Below, piece by piece: positions 53,744 through 64,000 of a DNA stretch of 64,000 nucleotides. A program made the position numbers and the translations under genes. Where the stretch lies: NCBI GenBank assembly GCA_012295275.1, contig CM022674.1, positions 7,378,001 to 7,442,000 of the forward strand. The letters are read 5' to 3'. The DNA is from Chrysomallon squamiferum. Its lineage: Eukaryota; Animalia; Mollusca. The notes beneath the pieces are model-generated. The model did not search any database, was not told the DNA's origin, and saw nothing but the letters and a program-made list of their open reading frames with translations. The stretch's first letter is position 1; the number at the start of each line of letters is the position of its first letter.

Positions 53744-55430
53744 GTAATTAAAATAATAATAATAATAATAACCAAAACACAAACAATGACTAAAATATCA
53801 AATAAATGAATATTTAAATAGAAGTAGTAATAGTAGTTAAAATAGTAGTAAAAATCGTAGTAGTAGTTGTAGTAAAGGTAGTGGTAGTAGTAGTTGTAGT
53901 AGAAGGAGGAAGAGAAACAGCAACAGCAGAAGCAGATACAGCTATTTTGCTTTCTGCATCATACATTCTTACCTTATGTGGTAAAGTGTGTCTCGTTGTG
54001 GTTCTTTCAAGTAAAGAGTACGTCCTTGCTACAAAGAAGTAAAACTCGAACACGGAAGGATAGTAAACGAGAGCGAGATCACGTCGTCCAAAGAAATCAG
54101 CTTTTATTTCGTACGCAATCAGTGACGTCGTGTTCAACAGCACTTTCTGAAATGTGTAATATTTACTAATCAGTGACCTCAGATCTATCCATCGTTCTTA
54201 GTCTAAGTGGTTTAATCATAGAGAAACATATCACATTTCATTGATATTTAATATCTATCTATTTTACATGTATCTTTTGACCTCTTCGGGATCTAAAAAC
54301 ATTGTTATGATACGACATTTGATACTCACAAGTGTTCAGATAAATTGATAGAGAAACACACAAACACACACATATAGAATCACACATAAATACACACACA
54401 CTCATATAGACACGCAGGCACACGCACAGACAGACAGTCACACACTAACCTGTATTAATTCATCGTCGAGAATACTTGGAGGTTGGAGTCCTGACAATAC
54501 GGATGACGTCACACCGTAAATAAAATTGGCTGCCACAGTGACGTCGACGTTGTTAATACCAAAAGGCATCTTCACCCCTTTCTTGTACATCTGTGAGAGT
54601 TCTCCCAAGTCTTGAATCTAAATAAATAAAATAAATAAATAAATAATAGAATACAATAGAAAAGGTCATAAAATGACGTCATAGTATGCAGCTCGGTAAT
54701 CGCACTGTTACTATGATCCGACTGCTCACAGTGACAAATTTACATATCAGCTATTTAACTAGTTTATTACTCGTCAAACTCATCCCAATTTCAAATCATA
54801 TATTTTTTTTTAATGACTGTGAATACAGAGAAATACAGTGTTATACAATAAGTTTCCCCATTAGAAACAATCACATGAACTGGTTCAGTTATTAGGCAAA
54901 TCCTTATTACGTCATTATACATTATGACGTTTTCGGCTTAAATTTTTATACAACCATGATATTTTGAGATACCAGAAATAATTTTTTTAACAGTATATAA
55001 TTTACTAAGTTCATTACCCATGTCGTTATAAGGGCGACATCTTGCGAGTGCTTTTTCGCGTCAAATAAAAAATGTCTGATGTAGAAGTAGGTTCTCGGGT
55101 CGATAGTGTTGATTTTTTTATCGGTCGAGAACGGTCTGTACACGTATTTCTTCAGTGCCGCGAATACTGACGTCACGTTCGTGTTGTGTTCTTTCCACAA
55201 AGCCAGTTCGGCGGGAAAATCCGATTTCATTTCCAGCAGAAGACTTCCGAAACCGAGGTTCAAGAAGGTGTCGTCGAAGTCCGGAGGAATTCGGAAAGCA
55301 GTGCTGGCTGAATCTCTAGAAGAAATTATTTGTTTTCCTATATTTCAGTTTATTGATTTATTTATTTTTATTTGTTTTATTTTATGTATGTGTAATATAT
55401 ATATTTAAAAAACGAGAAAAAAGACCTTAG

Positions 55431-55506
<76 letters not shown>

Positions 55507-56158
55507 CATTAATAAATGTAAACAAATACAAATGTATTATAGGGAAAATAAATTTCTTACACTATTTCGAACAAATAATTTATAATTTTTTCAACATTTT
55601 TAATCCAAGCCAGATAAGAAGTTTTTCAACAGTTTTCATAGGAAGAAGACGCACGATGTCTAAAACATGATAGAGATTGTCTGGAGAACTCTGCCAGAAG
55701 GACACTGATGCGTTATATTTCTGAGGCCAGAAATTCATTATAGAAGAATTGTAATGGCGGTTTTTGTCGTGGTAACTGTTCACTGAATCCACTGCAAGCC
55801 GCATTTGCTGTGACGTAGGCTTTGGTGCGTTTCCATAGAGATGGGCTTCCATGAGAGCAATGGTAATCCACGACGTCACGAACATGTTATTGTCAAATAT
55901 TGAAAACGAATCACGAACAAACGCTTCTTCCGGCGATCCATGCAGATTCATTTTCACTTCACTGGCGTACACACCTTTGTCTTTCTGCCAACGAAATGGC
56001 GGTATATATTTGGTGTCCTTTTTTTCTTGTAAACTTTGCGTTTTCTTGAACAGTTCTTTAATTACAGAATTAATGTCCGACACTGGGGCATCCTCGACAT
56101 CTGAGATGAAAACTGTTAGCACAACAACGACTACACAAGTCAGTTTTGTTAAATACAT
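52288..56158 (-). CDS. Copy B: inverted paralogue of copy A (~637 aa, 8 coding exons); 1-nt deletion frameshift at the end of exon 1
   Basis: Minus-strand exons: 56158-55561, 55315-55018, 54617-54450, 54146-53973, 53664-53512, 53166-53061, 52914-52793, 52581-52288. Lengths are 598/298/168/174/153/106/122/294 versus 599/298/168/174/153/106/122/295 in copy A. One missing A in the run at 55597-55601 creates the premature TAA at 55582-55580; adding it gives ...LGLKNVEKIINYLFEIV spliced in frame to exon 2. Confidence 0.88.
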
Positions 56159-56935
56159 GTTGTTGTTTTTTAAGACGTCTCTAAGATTGTCACCTCATAC
56201 AACAGTTTGATGCTGAAACTGCAAGAAACGGACAGCCAGAAAAAAACCAGCCTGGTGACTGACCTTATAATAATCTCAAATAAAAAAATAAAACAGTTTC
56301 CCATATGACGATTCACATGCCACATACCCATATGAGTTTCACAGTCTGAATACAGGACAAACAGTGTTAATAATTCAGTCTTTTTTCTTCTTTTTATTTT
56401 TATTTTTTATTTTTTTTTTTATGTTTGTGTCTGCCTTTATTCTCTGACAAGATAAAAAGATGATAAATAGAGTGAATTCAAAAACTGTTGAAAGAAATTT
56501 ACATAATACTTACATAAAAAACAAAAACAAAAAAAAAAAACAACATACATACATACATACATACATAATAAACACGCGCGCACACACACACACACACAAT
56601 TATTTGAATGGTCAGCTGTTATGTAGTTTGGAAAATATTTAAATGTATAAATTAATTACCTCCTCTCGTTTTGTGTTGTGTCTATATATATATATATATT
56701 TATAAATATATATATATAAATTTTGTATGAGATTGTGTACGGTCAAGATAGCAGTCATTGAAATAATATATTCATTATTGTTGTTATTGTTGCTGTTGCT
56801 GTTACTGCTGCTGATGTTGCTTCTGTTCCTGTTTATCATTGTTATTAGTATTTGTGGTAGTTGCTGTACTACAATAGTAGTAATAGTTGTTGTAATAATA
56901 TTAGTGTTAGTATTAGTAATAGTAGTAGTGTTTGT

Positions 56936-56967
<32 letters not shown>

Positions 56968-57003
56968 TGGTAGTAGTATCAGAAATAGTAGGAGTAGCAG
57001 TAA

Positions 57004-57034
<31 letters not shown>

Positions 57035-57248
57035 GGTACTTCTAGCAGTAATGGAATATAGCATGTTAGTTGTACGTGTATATTTTGGACAGATGACCAC
57101 TCCCATAGAAAACAAAAAGACACGAAAACCTCCGAGTGAAAAAAAATATAACACTTGTCTGTGGTTATTGTTATCTTCCGACGTAAAGTACACGACACTA
57201 TCAGTTATTTTACGTCATAACACACTCAGTATTTTTATAACGAATTTT

Positions 57249-57279
<31 letters not shown>

Positions 57280-58843
57280 TTTATTTTATTTTTTTTATTA
57301 GCGATGCTTGTGTTCCAGCACCCCCGCAAACCCAAAACTTTATCTTTTCTATCAGCTATTCCAGTTTGCAAGACATCGTGTCTATTTTGTTTTCCTATAA
57401 TTCAAATATTCATTCAATCAGTCAGTCAGTTAGTCAATCAATTAGTCAGTGTTTTGAGAAATGAAAGGTGAAAAATTCAGAATTACAGTGAAATATTCGT
57501 GATCAGGTTAATAATTAACAAAGACCTACTGATGTAGATTATTATTATTATTATTATTATTAAATACAGCAATTATTTAAATATATAAAATATACTACAA
57601 TATATACGCACATACACATATAATTTATATGCACATATTTATAGGTTTACACTATTGTATCCACATAATTACACGCACATACATAAACTTTTAATTTTGA
57701 ACTAATACACACACACACACACATATATACACACTTAATATTCTACGTCGCACTTAATTCAGGTGTATGAATTCTCTTCCTAAAAATATTTTGTAATGCT
57801 GAAATTCATAAAATATAGTAACATTACTCGTATAAAACAACGAAGTTATGTCCCCATAGAAAAGAAGAAGAAGAAACGACGAAGAAAAAGAAGACGACGA
57901 CGAAGAAGAAAGAAAGAAAAAAGATGATAAAGAAATATGTAGAACATTTAAAAAGCAGAGACAGAAGGATAACAAAACAAAAGTATATAAATCTTATTAA
58001 AACTGAATTAGTAATGATAAATAAAAGCTTTAGAAATGTTGGATCAGGTTTAATCGCCTTATGGTGCATCTATTGTTAACTAAATTTGTTTGCTGTCTCA
58101 TTGCTATTGTTTGTTTTATAACAAATGTTACCACAAAACAATATGACATAAAATTAAAATGAATTATTGTTATAAACCATTTATCCGGGTTCCAAAATAC
58201 AGAAATCCAAGAAAACCAGCTATTTTTTAAACTAGTTACTTTTGAATTTGGGTTCATCAATTCCAGTTCAAGCGAGTGTTGCTGTATAGGCCTACAGGTG
58301 ATCGATCACCTTACAATAAGTTATTTTTTCAGTTTACTCTTATTTTCATTTATTGTCATGTCTAAAAGATAAATCGTTTACATCTAATGAAAAAATTTAG
58401 CCCCTATCCAATAATCCAAACCATAATCCAGTCCCAAGCTTACCGGCTAAATGGTTCAGTACCTGTATTCAGTTATTGTGGAACAGATGCGAAAGAATAA
58501 CGTATTTGCAGCCGACATATTCACAACCGGCAATGACCTTAAGGCCGTTTTTAATTGGACGAAAGGAACACACCTCCCAAAGTCACAACCTGCGTACGAA
58601 CACTATTCATGTAAGAAAAATAAAACAGAAATTGATAATAATTTTAATTTTTTGAATTAACGTAGCCAAGGTGATAATGAGAGTTGGTTTGCTCGGAAGA
58701 ATTTGGGTTTTAAAATATAAAGTCTTTCTTAACAGAACTATTTTGTTGAAGCGCAAGAACAGGGTACCTGGCAAGGACGTTTGTGGTCTGAGGTCAATGT
58801 TTGACCGATTTTGTCGAAAGTGAAAGAGTGAATGTTCACAATC

Positions 58844-61800
58844 ATGACATCTACGTTGTTGAAATCGACTCTGGCTTTGTCATGCAGGTAATCTGACTAA
58901 TGCTAACTGTGTTTGAGTTTCATCTTATTAATATACTGCTTTTTAATTAGGTGTAATGTAGGATAGTTCAAGAACAGTTAAATATAACGGGACAATTAGC
59001 ACGTGCGAAATTGTATCGGTGATACCTAGAAGAACGCATTTATATTAAAATTTGTTGTACTAACCTAATTCTAAATTTATGTATATATGTATGTATGTAT
59101 ATATGTATGTATGTATGTATGTATGTTGATATATTATTATTATTATTAGTCCGAATAATTCACAGTTGATTTTGATAAAATAGTAATAATAGAAAATAAA
59201 TAAATACAAAATGAAATAATAATAAAAGTATTAGTAAATAATAATCCAAAAATAAATAAAGTAATAAAAGTAATTTCAGAAATGTTTTTAGATAACTTTA
59301 CACAAATATAACACAGCTATATCCAAAACTCCACAGCTGTTTCTTAAAAGGTCTTGAGAACTATTTTGTTTTCAGAACTATTATTAGACTTGTTGCTATA
59401 TTTAAAAATGTCAAAAATTATTTGACACATTTAGAAATGTGTGGTAATTTGCAATGTGCCAAATATTTTATGTGATCTCCTAGTTGTCCGTATAAAACAT
59501 CCAAAATGAGTAATGCAAACAGATTGACACACACACACAACACACACACACACATATATATTACTTAATATTTGTTTGTATATAATAATCTAGGCTTGTA
59601 AAAACGTGAGACAAGCATCCCAGATCTAAAAAAAAGCAAATAAAAACAAAAACGCCAACAAAGAAACAAACAAGAAATATTTTGTAAACAAAAGCATAGT
59701 CAAGTGAAATTTCAGATGGGTGGAGAATATTTCCCCAAAGTTTGAAAATTTCACAACAAATGTGACAACTGAAGCAAGGTGGAGACATTTTTGCTAAAGT
59801 GATCTCAAATCAATTTTATTTTTAAAAATATTGTATTTTTCAGAAAGATTTAATCATCAGTAAACTGCAGTAAACTATTTTGTTTTTTTCACAGATGGCA
59901 GAACCATGTTGCCAGGTTGACGACGACAGTTAAAGGTTACGTTGCGGAGAATGAACCGATGTATGACTATGCTCCAGGAAGCAAGGAGCGAGAAGAACTG
60001 AAACAGGCGCTGGAACGTCACAGTAAACACGTAGCAGATGTTCCCATCGTCATTGGCAACGAGGAAATTAGGACGTCAGATGTTCAACATCAAGTACAGG
60101 TAACAGAATAATGAGTTATTTATTAATTTATTTGTTATTATTATAATGTACTGTATTAATTCATCTTCGTGTTTGTTATTGTTGATATCACTTACTGTTT
60201 TAATAAATTTATAATTATCATTACAGAATCTAGTTAAACTGTTAAAAATATCCATAGTCATTTGTGAAGTTTGAATTTACTGAGCGCAGTATTATTTATC
60301 ATGTTTTAATTGAATATATTGTGTGGTAATATTAGAAAAATATTTTCATTAAATGGATAAAGCAGTGTTAGGAAGTTAGAGAGTTAGTGTGCCTGGGATG
60401 TATGACTTTGTAGTGACATTACATTTTTTGTTTTTCTCTGGAAACTTAAAAATCGTTTTTATTTTTACAAGACAATTTTAATATTTTGCTTTTCAGCCTT
60501 TTGATCATCAGAAGAAGGTGGCAACATTTTACTATGCTAGTCCGGTAAGTACAACTTTTTTCCCCATTCCACATTTACAAGAAATGTAAGCAATGTTGAA
60601 ATCTTTCTTTCTTTCTTTTTTCACCAATCCAATCTATGGGACTTTAATAAAATATCTTCAAACATTTATTTCAGAAACTATTTTAAGAAAAAGAAAAGGG
60701 TTATATTAATTTATTATAAGAATTCATTATATATTTTAAAAGTAAGTCATTACTGTCACTAAAACATTGTCACTATTAAAGAACAACAACATTGCATTTA
60801 TAAAATGATAAGATCATATATTTTTTTCTGTTAAAAAATGAGATATGCTATGTTCACTGTTTTTAAATGATTGTATATGTTTGTGTATATGTTAGTGTTT
60901 GTGTGTTTCTGTGAGTTTTGCAAGGTCTTTGTCTTTATAGCTTTTTATTCTGTATGTAATAATTATCCATCTGCTATATAATATAGTTGTATTTGGAGTG
61001 ATTAAACATTAATTGCTTTTGTAGGAGATAATTAGAAAAGCTATAGATGTGAGTCAGGAGGCTAGGGCAGCCTGGGAAAAAAAGCCACTAGAAGAAAGAT
61101 CACAAGTTTTTCTTAAAGCAGCTGAACTGGCAAGTAAAAAATACAGAATGGACATCGTGGCAACAACAATGCTTGGACAGGTATCATTGTTAAATTATTT
61201 ATTTTTATTAGTTTTTGTTTATTTCAAATGACAATATTTATTTTGTTAGTTATTTAATTATTTGTTTGTTTCATTTTATTTAAATGTTTTGCAGTGAAAT
61301 GAAAACATATGGACATCAAATATCTGTTTTATAATAATTTACATTTAAAATGTTTTAGACTTGTGATGAAGTGAAAACACAGATATCAGATGTGTATTTT
61401 ATGTAATTTACTTTTTAAATGTTTCAGGCTAAGAATGTTTGGCAGGCTGAGATCGACTCAGCTGCAGAACTGATAGATTTTCTCAGATTTAATGTGACAT
61501 TTGCACAGGTAAGTTTTTACCTGATACAGTGTTACAAAGCAATACAGAAACAAACATTAATTTTAGAAAATTCTGTTCTTTTCTTTCTTTCAAGATCTGA
61601 TGGTTTATATTTTTGAAAGGGGATGTTTATTTTGTTAATACTAGTTTATAGTTTATTTACTACATATTTCTCTCTCATTCTGTCTCTGTTACAACATATG
61701 TGTATTATTTACTTTATTTTTAATTAATTTATGAGACTTGTAAATTGTTTATTAAGAATGAGTTTATATATAGGGATATACAGCTACATAATTATATAGT

Positions 61801-64000
61801 ATCTGTGTATATATATATATATATATATATCTGTTTTATTCACAGCTAATGACAAGTTACCAGCCACTGAGCCCAAATGCAACAGTTAAAAATACAAACA
61901 TTTACAGAGGAATGGAGGTACATAACACTTAACTTTATATAATCATTGCTTCTAAAAAGTTTTAAAAATGTATAAATAGCATAAATTTAAAATAGATTGT
62001 ATTAGTATGAACCTATTAAGATGTTCTGAATACAACTGTTTCATAAATGATAATTATTGGACAGTTTTACTTAAATTTCTTTCTCTACTGTTTTTTTTTT
62101 TTTAAAAATATTTTGATGATAATTTTATTCAGCATTTAAAAATGTTAAAAATAATTTCATGATGTTTTTATTTCAGGGTTTCTGGGCAGCAATCACTCCA
62201 TTTAACTTCACTGCCATTGGAGGCCATTTGCCTGCTGCACCAGCACTCATGGTGAGTTCAAAAAACCCCAAGAAATTCTGAAAATGTTACTCTGTTGTTA
62301 TATAACAATAAACATTCTGTTTTACATTAAGAAAAGAAAAACTGGCCCAAAAGCAAAATAATTATAAATCAGTACTGATGTAATGTTATTATTTTTTAAT
62401 CACGTATTTTTGTACCATTTGTGTTTCAGAGGTCTCTCTTCTGCTGACACCAGATTTTGAAAAAAGAAAAAAATGGTTTATAACCAGTAGAATATGTGTG
62501 AAAACAATTATTTGAATATCTGTAACTTAATAACTTCTGTACATTTATCATGGTTAATTATATAAACCTTACCAGTTATTTATGTGTTTTCCATCTTTAC
62601 CATACCAGTTTGTACATAAATAAATTCCATAGTTACATTTCTAGTTTTTCAGATTATATCATGCCATTATCAGCATTGTTTAACATCATGATTTTAATCC
62701 TACCTGTACTATCTATGGATACCACTTTAGTAGTAACAATACATTAAATTACATCATATTATGTTTTTGTCAGACCAGCACATTGAATAGGTATCATCTA
62801 CATTAGTCACGGACAAACTGCAAGGCTTTCTGAATGGCACGCCCAATTTCACAAGGAGAATAACATCAATTAGTAGTATTGCCTGCAAGATGATGAGCCT
62901 TGTCTGATCTGCATCTACCACATTCACATTTTAGTCATCAAATAGCAATTATTAATGACGAGATTAATTTCAACAGTGTTAGTAATGTGTTACATTTGTT
63001 ATAGGGTAATGTGTCTCTATGGAAACCATCTGACACAGCTGTGTTGTCAAACTACACAGTCTTCAAGATCTACAGAGAGGCTGGACTCCCCAGGGGTCAT
63101 CAACTTTGTACCTGCCGAGGGTGTGGTGTTTGGTGACACTGTGACCAGTTCTCCTCACCTGGCGGGAATTAATTTTACAGGTAGCGTCAGGTGAGTTGGA
63201 TGAACTTTTTTATTTTAGTGTTAAAATTCAAATTTAAAAAAACCATTTTTTTATATACTGTTTTTAGATATTAAATTTTAACAAATCGATTTATTTTTTA
63301 ACTTGATGCATTAAAATAATTTATTGTAAAATGACAGGTAGTTTGTTAATATAATCTTTTTATCTTACTGTGACATTTGAGCAGTATTCACAGAGAATAA
63401 ATATTTTTACTTGGAAATTCTGAATTCATAAATAGAAGCCATTAAGAAAATTCTGTTTATACTTGGGTAATGAATTATTATTACTTTTTTTTTTTACTTT
63501 TAGAACTTTCAAACATTTGTGGAAGCAGGTTGCAGAGAGGTTAGATACATACAGAACATACCCTCGGCTGATTGGAGGTAACTTTCAGGCTTTCACTTTT
63601 ATTGAATTCACTTTCACCAACATTTGGTTTAGATATGTTCAGCAGCAGACTTTAAATCTGAATATTTTTGTTTTTAGCAAGAATGTTAGCCATTTTGCAG
63701 ATTAACCACTATATTTTGTTACCAGTAATATAAAAGTGAAATGGGTTAATAAAATAATTTTTGAATGTTATTCAGAATGTGGAGGGAAGAACATGCACTT
63801 TGTTCACAGTTCTGCTGACGTGGATTCTGTCGTCAACGGCACCATCAGGGCAGCGTTTGAATACAACGGCCAGAAGTGTTCTGCATGCTCCAGGATGTAC
63901 GTGCCTTCGTCGCTATGGCCACAGATCAAAGAGAAGATCCTGAATATTCATAAACAGATAAAGATGGGATCCCCACTTGAAAAGGAGAATTTTGTCACAG
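58844..64000 (+). CDS. ALDH4A1: Delta-1-pyrroline-5-carboxylate dehydrogenase, mitochondrial (5' partial, continues past the window end)
   Basis: Exons 58844-58887 (an alternative in-frame ATG lies at 58832), 59895-60099, 60497-60544, 61025-61180, 61428-61508, 61846-61917, 62177-62251, 63005-63190, 63504-63577, 63776-end. Diagnostic peptides: NEPMYDYAPGSKER, QAEIDSAAELIDFLRFN, ITPFNFTAIGG, WKPSDTA, INFTGSV, ECGGKN (catalytic Glu), AFEYNGQKCSACSR (catalytic Cys). The N-terminus is S/T/L/R-rich and presequence-like. There is a frameshift in the C-run at 63088-63091. Confidence 0.95.

Noticed and set aside
56639-57464. 245-aa hydrophobic ORF and 184-aa Thr-rich antisense ORF (membrane protein or mucin?)
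   Set aside because: They are built from (TAG)n/(TTG)n/(CAG)n repeats, with no domain and no splice support.

Overview
This is AT-rich, microsatellite-dense animal DNA with spliceosomal GT-AG introns. It is probably a lophotrochozoan, possibly a gastropod mollusc; that assignment is inferred from repeat style only. Most ORF-track entries are microsatellite artefacts. Four spliced genes can be built by hand. (1) Copy A (+, 33576-38188) and (2) copy B (-, 52288-56158) are an inverted, convergent pair of 8-exon paralogues. Each encodes a ~637-aa signal-peptide protein carrying a PDFDDT (DxDD) motif and further motifs reminiscent of class II terpene-cyclase alpha/alpha-barrel domains. (3) Between them lies a 664-aa two-TM guanylate cyclase with a bacterial-type NIT (nitrate/nitrite-sensing) domain and no kinase-homology domain (NIT-GC, +, 40970-49665). 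(4) The 5' part of ALDH4A1 (P5C dehydrogenase, +) starts at 58844 and runs off the window end. Copy A, copy B and ALDH4A1 each carry one small frameshift in a short base run, most likely assembly errors. Positions 1-28 kb are CpG-poor and look like the intron-rich 5' end of an unidentified minus-strand gene with several candidate first exons. The most interesting hypothesis is an animal class II terpene-cyclase-like gene pair bracketing a nitrate/nitrite/NO-linked cGMP sensor. All counts and alignments were done by eye.
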